Origin: Seison nebaliae
Taxonomy: Eukaryota
Length of the DNA stretch: 64,000 nt
Assembly (NCBI GenBank): GCA_023231475.1
Contig: JALJEE010002128.1
Coordinates: forward strand, 62,001-126,000
Direction: 5' to 3'
Shown piece by piece: positions 1 to 12,000 of this stretch. A program made the translations under genes and the position numbers. Below the pieces are notes generated by a model that ran no database searches, was not told the DNA's origin, and was given only the letters and a program-made list of their open reading frames with translations. Each line of letters opens with the position of its first letter. Position 1 is the stretch's first letter.

Positions 1-1042
1 CTTGATCATTCTGCTGATTATGATGATGAATATTCTGTTGATGATGTTGATGATTCGTTCCATAATAATCAGTTGACGTATCGAATTTCGTCTCGTTTGA
101 TGGTTTCGTTTCCACCGGATATTTCGGTTTTAAATTCTTCAATCGTTCAATTGCTACATTCGAACGAGAGAATGCATGCATTCGATAATATGATACACGT
201 TGTTTCTCCGTTAATCGATCCCATGGTTTCGCTTTCGATAATAATTCACTAACCGTTCCTTGTGAGAGACCCAGCACATATTTTGCAAATACTCGTTGTC
301 CGATGTTGTTCGAAATGAGAATATTCTTCGTATCTCTAGCAATATCTTCACTTCCCATTCTCTTACCTGACACTTCGTCAACTAAATCGACGAACGGAAA
401 TGTCACGTCATATAATCCGGAATTAGTTCCGTTATCCTTCTCGCCCATAAACGAATATACGACATTTCCTCGATTATCAGACGTCGATGGATCTGTACAA
501 TTATTACTATTGTTGACGTTAGGAAAAGATTTATTTGAATTTTTTATGATTGTCGACGGATTTGTTGTTGTCATCGTTGTCGTCGATGATGGAATTGATG
601 TAGAAGGTCTATCTTGATTATTGAGCATTTCCGTCATGTCAAATATCATTCGATTTAATTTTTTAAAAGTTGCAGTTGGATCTGGCAGGGTGAGGAACTT
701 CCTCAACAATTGTTGTTGGAATTCGGTGAGGGAATTTGAATCGATCAATTGTTGCACGAAATTTTCGAGTTGAGTCCAATTGAAATCATTCCACTGTTTC
801 ACCAACTGTTCAACATGCTCATTAATGAACGTTAAACGATTCTTATCCAACATATTGTTATGTAACGAGTATTGTTCTAATAACAATATTGATTCACCAT
901 TATTGGTGTTGCCATGGCAACTGGTCGATAATTCACTATAATGATTCTTATTAGGAAAAATATCTTCAGTGGAATTAAGTCTCGTCGTAGTTGTTGTCGT
1001 TCCATTGAATGGTGATGTCTCCGCTGATATCGGCTCATCCAT
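1..1042 (-). CDS. cut: Cut/CUX homeobox transcription factor, 5' part with the first CUT repeat; continues past the window edge
   Basis: Manual translation gives a stop-free frame from ATG 1042 (MDEPISAETS...) to base 1. It is absent from the ORF track because no stop falls inside the window. From 358 it reads MGSEDIARDTKNILISNNIGQRVFAKYVLGLSQGTVSELLSKAKPWDRLTEKQRVSYYRMHAF, matching CUT repeat 1 of Cut/CUX. The frame stays open ~120 nt upstream of the ATG, so an upstream exon is possible. Confidence 0.92.
   Translation of the reverse strand, partial: MDEPISAETSPFNGTTTTTTRLNSTEDIFPNKNHYSELSTSCHGNTNNGESILLLEQYSLHNNMLDKNRLTFINEHVEQLVKQWNDFNWTQLENFVQQLIDSNSLTEFQQQLLRKFLTLPDPTATFKKLNRMIFDMTEMLNNQDRPSTSIPSSTTTMTTTNPSTIIKNSNKSFPNVNNSNNCTDPSTSDNRGNVVYSFMGEKDNGTNSGLYDVTFPFVDLVDEVSGKRMGSEDIARDTKNILISNNIGQRVFAKYVLGLSQGTVSELLSKAKPWDRLTEKQRVSYYRMHAFSRSNVAIERLKNLKPKYPVETKPSNETKFDTSTDYYGTNHQHHQQNIHHHNQQNDQ
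908..921. promoter_or_regulatory. Perfect palindromic RFX X-box GTTGCCATGGCAAC inside cut coding sequence
   Basis: Exact match to the RFX X-box consensus; function untested. Confidence 0.45.
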
Positions 1043-2384
1043 TTCCAATCGATAAAAGAAATTTAACAGAAAATTCAAATGAAATTGGAGCGAAGATTGG
1101 AGAGTTGTCTTCTGTTCGTCGATTGAAATTTCACTCGAAAACAAAAAATTATTCCACCCAACAAACTAATTGATGAATTGATTGATTTGCTTATTGATTG
1201 ATGTAGGACGAATCGATCAATATATCTCGGAATAGAATTGGAGAATAATAATCGATAATGTCTGATCAAAACATCTGTCCCAATGACCGAGATGACGTAG
1301 ACCAAACGACAATCAATTAACTAATTGAATGAGGCAAATAAGACAAAAAAACTCTCTGCTGAAGACTAAATGAAATCAGTATGAAAATCCAAATTATATC
1401 AATTGAACATAAAATTCAAATTTTTCAATACATTTATGGAGCAATTCGAAATGAAATTTCAATTTCCTCCAAATACAACTCTTCAATTCATTTCCCACAA
1501 TCAGATTCTCTTTCTGATTCATTTACAATTACAACATTTAATTTCAATTATTCAAATTACTTAGAAAAAAATTAGAAGAAAAAAATTATAAATTTTTAAA
1601 ACTACTTTTAAAATTTTTTTCTGATCTCCGCTTCGGAAAAACTGAAAAATTTTAGTTTTCGTTCATTCTGTCTCTAAATTTATCATCGATAATTTGACAT
1701 GATGTCAAATATTAATCTATTTTGTTAGAATTAATTTAAGAAAAATATTGAATTTTCCAGAAAACTATCAAAATAAATAGTTGAGAAGGAAGTAAAGAAT
1801 GAAAAGAATCAATCGAAGAAATACTAGAAAATATGGATTGATGAAAAGACATAAATGGTAAGAATCGAAATGGATGAAATTGACGGATGGAATTGATTAT
1901 GCCGATTCTGGAAATGAAGAGACAGTAGAACAGGCAATAAATGAACAATCGTTTTCTAATTGGCTCGATTAATTGGGGGTGGGGAGGAGACACAATTGGT
2001 CATAAAGTGTAAGGAGAGGAGGATTGATGATGTAATCGACGAATCAACGATAATTCTTATGAGAAGGGAGAAGGGGGGAATGTGAAGAATGTAGCAATAA
2101 TTCTCGTATTGATAAGGAATTATAGATCGCGTAAGACGATGATGACGACAATGATGATACGAATGATAATCAACATCTTCATAATCATAAATAATGATGA
2201 TTTCTTCATGTTTCCCTCTTGTTCATTCGTTCATTCTTTTCCGTTCCAAATATTTGTAACATGAGAAAATTGCATCGACACATTGACGTTGATTTGTTGT
2301 CGATTTGGAATGATGGTGCAAAACGAAGGAATGATATGACAATTCTATATGGAAGAGAAGTCAATCGACACTTGATGTGATGAA

Positions 2385-2413
2385 TTCTTCTTCTTCTTCT
2401 TCTTCTTCTTCTT
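2385..2413. repeat. (TTC)n microsatellite
   Basis: Direct reading of a ttc run of about 9-10 units. Confidence 0.9.
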
Positions 2414-4834
2414 CCTTCGAGACAATTGAATAGATTATTCGATGATTCGAACTCATGAAAATCATAATAATTCATATTTTACTCAGGATCGATGAGATTA
2501 TTGATTAAATAGGAAGGACGATCGATCAATAATTATCGATCGAGAAGGAATTGAATGTAGAGAAGAGGAATAATCTCTTTCGGAAATGGTGTCTCATTCA
2601 GATGACTGAATAATTTTCAATTTGCAATTTTTTCCCCTTATCCCATCATCATTTTAGTTCAATTGAACTGACTTGATTCTTCTTCGGTATGTGGAACGAG
2701 TCGTTCCGTTCTTCGCCTGCCGCGTATCAATCACTTAGAGACGAGATAACACGTAAATAAATGTCTTATTATTTATTAGGAATTCTCTCACGAATAAATT
2801 GCTATCGACCGATGATAGCGGTGATGGTGGTGGCGCTGATAAGAAGGACGGAGAAATTGATATATATATATGTATATATATATATATGTGTCGTAATGAT
2901 GGGTGAGATTGAAGGAAGAGAATATTATATCGATGTAGTCAATTCGACATCGGTCTTATATAATGATAATAATAAGGTTGATTGCTATTCATTCGATCGA
3001 TCTCCTTCGTCTATCGGAGGAATGGAACATCCAATAACACACAAATCATCATTACTACAGATATCGAGCTTTTATTAGATCTCATCTTCTCAATCTTCTT
3101 CTTCTTCTCATTAAAAATCAATATTGATCAATTTGATCGATGTGATTTGTGGAGACATAAATCAGAGATTTGTTGAAGGATTCGTTTTGTTGAAGAAGAA
3201 TTAGATGAAATTGATTCGAGATCATATTTATAATTAAGATGAGACGTAGTGCACACAATCGAACAAGTGAATAGTTTGACAATCAAATTGAATGATGATA
3301 TAATGTTACAATGTATGGAGAGTGATGGTGAAGAAAATGGTATTAGATGAAATGGAGAAATCAGATGAAAATTACTTAACATCAATTGATGCAAATATAT
3401 ATAATCCATTTGGAGAATGAGAATATGAACTCGAAATAAATCGATAGAGGAATATCAATTCCTATTATTCTACTGTCTATCCATCCATCCATCCATCTAT
3501 CTATTGATGTGAATATGATGACAATGCTTCTTTCTTTGAGAAATCGTTGGATATAATGTTGTGGAGAGGAGAGTGAAACGACGAGTGATTCGTCTAATCA
3601 TGATCGTTGCTGACGATATTGTCGTCGTCGTCGTCGCCATTATTCAGCGAACACACATTTCCCCCTCCCCAACACACACACGCACACACACATACAGACA
3701 AACTCGAACACAAAATTCTCACCAAACGACTTCCATTATATAAGATATCCTTAAACAATGTGCTAATGTTCATATGTGGAATATTGATATAATATCCACG
3801 ACAGTCATTCACAGAAATCAATAATGATTTTCTTACCGCCATATCTCCTACACGAGAATGTACAGGTAAGATAACTGGAATCGAATGGGAAGTAGGAGGA
3901 GATATGGAACGAAAGAAATATTTATTTTCACAACAATTTCTGAAAAGGAATTATGAAAAGATCTATTGATGACAATATTGATTCAGGAAAATAATCCTGT
4001 CTCCAATTGCAAGAAGAAGAAAGAAAAAGATAATTCGAGAGAGGAAGACAATTTCGATTTATTTCCAGATTTCAATGCAGATTCATTTTTTCAACATCGA
4101 TTACATAAATTTTTTTCGAATTATCTTCTCCTCACTCGAGGAACTGGAAGGAAGATGTAATTCATGTAAAACATAATTAATAATCGACATTGCCATGGAA
4201 GAAGCAGCATAGATATTATATCGATATATTGATAAACAATTCCTACACATTTCTCCAATGAATGGATAGAAATAATACAATTCACTCACAATCAAATATA
4301 CATAAAAAGGAAATTTGTCTTTCAATCAAATTATCACTATATTGCCAATTTCATTTTCATTATCATCATCATCGTTCATAATCTCTCTTATCCCTCCCCA
4401 GTAACTCGATCGATCGACGAAGATCTAACTCGACAATATCATTTCACTTCATCATCGATCAATATATTTAATCAATAAATATCCAGACTCTATGATAATT
4501 GATCGATGTGATTCGGATGAGACATATTGATGATATCGACTAATCAATTGACGGAAATGTCAATCTCTCTAATTTTATCACTTACATTTCTCTATATTTA
4601 ATTTGAATCGAATTTAGTATAACTATCCTTAAGGAAACATAGAAAGTCTTTCTTGACGTCAGACAACGAAAGAAAGAATTTCCCGAGAATTTTAGAGGGC
4701 AGAAGAGAAATTGGAGGACAACCCACAAAAGTTCCAATTAATTTTTCCTTTTTCTTCCAGATTTCGATTATGGTAAAATGCAGGTGATAGGACGTTCATT
4801 CAGGTGATCAGTATCGATCGGGAGGAATGTAAGA

Positions 4835-4857
4835 AGAGAGAGAGAGAGAGAGAGAGA
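4835..4857. repeat. (AG)n microsatellite
   Basis: Direct reading. Confidence 0.9.
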
Positions 4858-5795
4858 AAGTAGTATTAGTAGGAGAATGATCATATGTTGATGAGTTCTG
4901 ATATTTGGAAAGAATATGATTTGATGGATATGTTATTTGGATGTGCGCATTGATTGGGAGGAAAACGGAAGAAAGCAGGGGAGGGGGTTGTGAGGGAGGA
5001 AGCAGAAATTTCAGTTGACAAGATCGATTTAAAATGATGGAATTTTCATCAATAGACATCTTTTGATTCGAATATTATTCAGTTGATCAAACAAGATCAT
5101 TAATGTAGGTGAATAGTAAAACATATCCATGTAGTGAGGAGAAATTGGATGGATGGATGAATGGAGCAGGAATGAAAAGAGGAGTAAATGAAAGAAGAAA
5201 ACGTGCAGCATACAATTCGTATCTATTAGCTCATCATAATAAGTGATAGGAAGAAGAAATATTTTGATAGACATTGATGATTTCACTAACGACAATGGTT
5301 AATAATAATATGATGATGACGATGACGATATATTTCCATCATTTTCGTTACGAAATATTTGATTTTACGAACATTCCCTTCCAATTATTTATAAGATGAT
5401 TATGGAGGAAAATATTATTGGGGACGATAGAATGAGATTTCTTCCATTAATTCGATATCATACACATCGATACGACTAATCATATAAATCATAAAAAGAA
5501 TGAATGAAGATGCCAACCAAATCAACCTACTAGTCAAAGGTAAAGAATCGCAATAAAATTACAATAAGTGTATATGATTTCAGTGAGGGGGAGGAATGGA
5601 TAGAAAAATGATTATCGATATTCTTCCAAATTCGATGACGGAATTTATTAAGTTGTAAAATCTCATAATTTTTCTTTGCCTTTCTCACGATTTTTCGATT
5701 GAGCGATTGAATGCAATTACATTTAACAAGATAGTAGAGTCAGATAGATAAATGAATTCCATAATATTTTATAAGTCGATATTCATTTTAGTTCA

Positions 5796-5809
5796 GTTGC
5801 CATGGAAAC
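5796..5809. promoter_or_regulatory. RFX X-box GTTGCCATGGAAAC upstream of cut
   Basis: Matches the GTYNCC-AT-GGNAAC consensus. Confidence 0.5.
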
Positions 5810-6162
5810 GTTTAAAAAATGTATTATATTATAATTGTTTATCATTCATCAAATGAAAGAAGGAGAAAAGCGAACAAATATTAGATAGTCGACGAGTGAA
5901 GTAGCTGACGACGGAAAGATTCATTTCGTTTCTTCAATTTCTTCAATATCGTCATTATCTCCACTAAGCGATGGAAAGAAGACATATAATGAATCGATGC
6001 CCTACCACCACTAGATCATTTAAATGATGAGACGGAACGATTGGGAAGAAGAAGCATTCCCCTAAATTACCAATTCGTCTAGTTGCTGATGTATTCTCTC
6101 TGGCGGTATCTCCGGTCTCTTCCGGAATGGAAGAAATTGATAAAAAGGATATGATCATATCG

Positions 6163-6187
6163 AACTAACTAACTAACTAACTAACTA
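6163..6187. repeat. (AACT)n tetranucleotide repeat
   Basis: Direct reading aactaactaact..., about 6 units. Confidence 0.85.
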
Positions 6188-6800
6188 GCTGAGTGACTGA
6201 GTGACTATCTATCGAATTATGCATGAATGATGAAAAGGAAAGTGTGGATACTGATCAATATTTTATCTACATTAATAATGGGAAAATATTATATGAATTT
6301 CTTTCTGTCTTACCTTTTTCTTTCCTTCCTACTCATCTCCACACCGATATTCCACATAAAATCAACATATAACAGATAAGACGAACGTGAGCAGATGTTT
6401 TATTTGTACAATAAGTCTTCGTCTTCTTTTTTACGATTAATACTCATTTATTAACATTATCATGACTAATAATAAATTTTATCACATTAATAAAATATTT
6501 GAAAATTTCGATGTCGAATGACGATAAAAAAAGAAAAGAAGTCTGATAATTTTATTTGCAATTTTTTTATTTCATATTCCAACTCAATTGTCGTCATCTG
6601 ATGCATTGGGATGAGAGAGTAATTAAAAAAGAACGAGAGTTGTTTCTAAGGATCGTCGAATGGAAATGATTCAATAAAGAAAATCGAATTTCAATTATTG
6701 GAGATAAAGACGAGAAAGAAAGGAAGATAAAATCAGAGTGAAGAAGACACTTCAATCAGCATTCTCTTCCGATATGAATAGAGTCGTTTTCGCCTGCTTC

Positions 6801-6814
6801 GTTACCATGACAAC
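6801..6814. promoter_or_regulatory. RFX X-box GTTACCATGACAAC upstream of cut
   Basis: Near-perfect X-box palindrome. Confidence 0.45.
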
Positions 6815-8470
6815 GTGCAAGCAAACAATTATAATTAGCTCAGGTCTATAAGAGATATAATCGGGAACATCCTCTTCCATCGAAAATAAATCGATTGTCG
6901 ATGGCGTGATGAGTTCTTCGGTGAACAAAAAAAAAATAAAGGAATTAGCTACTATTGAAAATAGAATAAACAATCTCCGAATATAATTTTCATCTATAAA
7001 CTTGTCGTAAAGAAAGAATAGAACATGAGACATTTCGAAATAGATTTATAGATAAATGACTATGCAATGTTGTCGAATGATTCGAAGGAACATTTTATCA
7101 AAGTTCAATAAATTTACATGTAAACGAAGAAGAATGAAAAATATGAAGGAATCGATGGGGGGAAAATACACAAACTCGAGAATCTTATGCTTAACATCTT
7201 GTCATTATCGTCATTAAAACGCTCCTCCTCCTTTTTTTTCGCTCTATATGGAGCGGGAGAAGTTCCTTTGAAAAAGAATTGTCAGTTCTGACCAATAATA
7301 GATTGGAGACAGAGAGTTCACGACAAACATGAAAGAATGAGAATGATAATAAGATATAGATAGAATCATAATGACGATATGCATGATTACGAATGCTTCT
7401 CGTGATTACATCAAATGCTTGTGATATATAGATGGTGAGAGTCGTTCAAGTTTCTTCCCCGTTTGTACTAGGAAAAGTCGAAAGTTTTTAGTTCGTCGAA
7501 TTCTTAAGAAGTTCAGAAGAACATTGATATGTGGACGACATGAAAATAGTATTAATAATAATGGAAATAAATGATGAACTAAATATTGTTGAAAAGTGAC
7601 GAACAAAGTTCAGTTTTGAAGAAAATCTTTCAGAACATCAAGAATAAATTAATATGAAGACGAATATGAATAATTTCAATATATCTATGTGTGTCATCAA
7701 ACTCCTCCCCACCCCGTCATCAAATTTAAGAGAAAATCCGAAATTCCGAATTCGCTAAAATTCTGATAATGACAAATCTCTTTTTTTTCACTGCCGTTTA
7801 TTAAAGAACGTCATAAACATTTAGGAAATAAAACAACAATTTTTGAGACTTTCCATCACACCAATTAAAATTTTCAGTTTATATGATGACGAAAAAAAAT
7901 TTGTTTGAAATTTTGCAAAAAATAAAATTTGGTGAATCGATGAATGGATAAGAAAGGAAAGAAATATTCCAGGAGGAGAATTAGAGAAGAGATTTCAATT
8001 GAAGAATTTAATTAATTAAACCTTCAACACGTTTCAAGAGATGATATTATCTTTCTGTGTAAACATTATAGTTAATAATAAATATCGGATATTGCCGTGA
8101 ATTACGAGGATGATGACTGAACGATGAACTGAACTTACGAATTGTTATTTCTAAAGTTGGAAAGAAACTTAAATGGACAGAGAAGTGAGAGAGTAGAGAA
8201 ATAAATGAATAGATTAGCGAGAATTTTATCGACATCAACTGCGTCATTCATAAACGAAGGAAATTATTATGTAAACAATAGATATATAGATAAACTGATT
8301 GAAATTGATTCATTATTTTTACATTGATAAATTATCGATTACGTTCATCAATTAACGAATTTATAGGAATTGTTCATCGAATATGACATGGATATGTTAT
8401 GATCAAATTTTGACATGAGATTCATAATGTGAAATTGGTGGAAAATATTTAAAAAAATTTACTACTACTA

Positions 8471-8497
8471 ATGATGATGATGATGATGATGATGATG
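8471..8497. repeat. (ATG)n microsatellite
   Basis: Direct reading. Confidence 0.9.
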
Positions 8498-8903
8498 AAT
8501 CTCATTCATCAATAAATTGATGATTCATAAAAGAATAATCAATATTTTGGAGGGAGACAATTTCGAATTGGAGAAAGAATTGAGGAATATTATTATAAAA
8601 GTAATACACTATCCTCCACATCCAACCCGACAGAAGGCCAACTAGCAATTTGTTTGGAAGAGTCTTTAGGGAGATATGGGCGATATCTAGGATGAGAATG
8701 AGTCATTTTATTGGTGGTGTTGCGAGAATTGATAGAAGTTTGTGGATAATCGAGAAGTTTTTTTCTTGATACTAAATCGTCGAATGGATATGATTAGATG
8801 GAGTGTATGAATTCTTAAATATTTCTGATCTGATTAAAATTAAAGAAAGAAATTATTTAAAGGGAAATAAGAGAAAGATGAATTGAATAATAATAATTAT
8901 CAT

Positions 8904-8930
8904 CAACAACAACAACAACAACAACAACAA
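8904..8930. repeat. (CAA)n microsatellite
   Basis: Direct reading. Confidence 0.9.
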
Positions 8931-9035
8931 GTAGAAAGATAATAATATGAGGAATAAAAAATGGGAGAGAAGATGAAGAATAGATGATTGAAACAATAAT
9001 GATGTTGATGGTGAAATTATCAGAATTATCTAAAT

Positions 9036-9060
9036 ATTATTATTATTATTATTATTATTA
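9036..9060. repeat. (ATT)n microsatellite
   Basis: Direct reading. Confidence 0.9.
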
Positions 9061-12000
9061 AATATATATTTCCCTCTCATAATTAGTGAGCAGGCGAAAG
9101 TGTTCAATATCGTTAAAATTGATATTTCTATTAATTTCTTCCATTTGATGATGGAAAGATCATCATGTTGATGATGTACATATAATATATATATATATTC
9201 AACATGAGACAATCCATAGTAACAAGTGAAATAATTTCATTCATCACCATTATTCCCAATTTCTAGTGGAAGTAAAATAGAAATTATTAACATGATGATG
9301 AGAAGGAAGGAAAGAAGGAATAATCCAGAGAATTGCATCACGATGCAATTGGAATGAGAGCAAGAAGAAATTCGATGCTCCATCAATTCTTTCTGAGAAT
9401 TTCAGAAAATTGGTAAATGGAATGAACATAGTTCTCTATTGGAGGCGCGAAATAAATGGATCAACTATGAAAAAAAGAAGAGACAAGATGATGAGGACAA
9501 AAGAATAACTTTAATTAAACTTCTCCTTTCCTCATATTTACCTCTGCTTATTAATAAAGTTTGATCGTGCCATGGGATATGAACGATTTCATTCAATTCA
9601 ATTCCATTCTCCTCCTGAAGATAATCGGTGAAATATGAAAAATTCTGATTGAAATAATCCATAAATGATGACAACATTCTCAATTTCTATCCCAACTACT
9701 TCTAGTGAGCACTCTCCTTCTCCTTCTCCTCCTCCTTCTCCTCCTCCTCCTCTTCGTATCTGGGAAAATGTTGTGAAGTGAATAATCATGAGAATGATAA
9801 TGGACGAAAGAACGATCATTAATAATGATTATGATGATCGAAGAAAATATGATCTGAGTTCAAATTAAAATATGCATACATATCCTTTAATGCCGAGCAC
9901 AATCTTACGATAATGTCAGATATGGGAAAGGCAAATCCGAAATGAATAAGAGAAAACGATGAAGAAAATCATTTTTAATCAATCAAACCTATATGAGCAT
10001 ATCGTTACATCAGCAAGAAATTGATGTAATTCTAAAATTCATTCACTCAATCTCCTACTCCTCTCCCCCATATTCCTAACATATCTCATCATGACCGCCA
10101 CCATCTTTAGAGGAAACACCATAATTTCTCACTACTTATCGATTCCTCTCTTAAATTAAGATCATGTGCCTCACCCTCATCGGACCGATAACATTAAAAC
10201 CTGATTGTCTTTCATATACAACTAAAATCTGAATATTTTCCATAAGATTAAAACGTGATTTACGTGGAGGAAACCAAAATTTGAAGTTTGAAGAAAAATA
10301 AAATGAAAACTTGAAAATTTGAAAACTATTCGCAGATTTCTTCTTTGACTTTGATCTAAAGGAGAATGTTCTGAATGTTCTGAATTATTCGTCCGTCATA
10401 ATTCTCTAACATTCTTTAGTGGCAGAGTGCATCAAAAAGAAAAAAATCGATGTATGCTATTTCGAGTGAAGATGAAGATCAAGGAAATAAACGATTTTCT
10501 TCTTTATTTCGATAATTCCATTCCATTCATTCTCTTCTTCCAAATATGAGACTAAAATAAATATTCCATCAAGAAAGATTATGAAATAATCAATAATCCC
10601 TTATTAATTTCTTACTTTTTTCTCTTCGATCATTCATCCTCAATTTCACTCTTAATATCAAACCCAGTAAAATAATCGAGGAACATACTCCCCTCAACAT
10701 ATGCAACCGACTCCCTTCCTCCCATCGTCTCCACAAACAAAACATTTGTCGTCCAGAGATAGCTAATCTACAGGAGAAATGTTATTTATCAAAGAAATTT
10801 CTAAAGGAAATTGAAAAAAAAGGAAAACGAATTAAATATTATCAATTTTTCTTTTAAAATCGATTATTGAGCAAATTCTTCTTCCTTTTTTGTTGTTCTC
10901 CAGAAGAATCAAAAGAAGAAAAAATAATAATCACAATAACAATATTTTTTATCAGTGAATAATAGGAGCATAGTTTGTCTTTCAGTTAATTAAATATGAA
11001 AGTTTTCGTTTGGTTCACCCGTTTCTTTTTTCAAGTATCGGAATTTGATATTTCTCATTCGGGTTTGTGCTCATAAAACTTTCTAACTAAATCAACACAC
11101 AACGTAGATGAATAAAAGTAATTGAAGAATGAAATTCTGGTGAAAGATTTTTTTCTCATTCTCTGTTATAATCACGTCTCACAAGAACGACAAAGTTAGC
11201 GGATCAATGTTTGCATGATTTATCGATTTACATAAGATTGGCGAATAAGAAAATTTTATTATCCCTCACATTTCTCCTCTCATTTGTCGACTCTTAAAAG
11301 GAGGAGGAAAGGAAAATAATCAATTTTCTATTATTACATCGACTTCATTGAGTGGAAGAAAAAAGGAGAAAAGAAAGTTTATTGCCGTTTTCGATTTTAT
11401 TCCATATCGACTAAACGACGATAACATCTACATTTCCATAATAAGAACAATTCTCTTTGTATATTATTGGACGATTTCTTCATATATTCGTTTACTTCAA
11501 TTTATCCACCTTCGATTTACTTATCGAAATTATTGATTGAGTTCGAGCAAGAAAAAAGAAAAATATGAGAAAGTTACTTTTGAAAAAAAGAAGGAGAAAA
11601 CTATCCTACTCCCCTCCCGAAACTTCTCACAAACACTGACACATTTCTCTTTTCTTTACCAATTCCTCAATCGTTTCTCTCACCGGACAACACTACGAAT
11701 CAGACAACATTCACTTCATTTTCTCTCACGTTCAAATTTCACCTTTAAATTTCTAATATTTTCATCTCCAATTTAAACTCAACCCTAAGGATAATGGAAA
11801 ATGAAAATTTTTTGATTGAGCCTGAGTAATAGAGAATCATATGGGTTTAAATGAAATGTGAAAAAGGATTGAAAAATTCAAATGAGTGCCAAAATTGAGA
11901 TTTTGGGTAATCGTATAGAATTGGGAGAATTCCTTCTTCAAGGCGACTAGTCATAATAGTGAAAATGTCCCTTATCCTCAGTTTCACCAAATTCATTCTA

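Noticed and set aside
303..617. 104-aa plus-strand ORF
   Set aside because: Antisense shadow of the cut coding exon.
7057..7067. 11-nt minus-strand match to the 5' end of miR-153 (TTGCATAGTCA)
   Set aside because: The 3' half does not match and I see no complementary hairpin arm.
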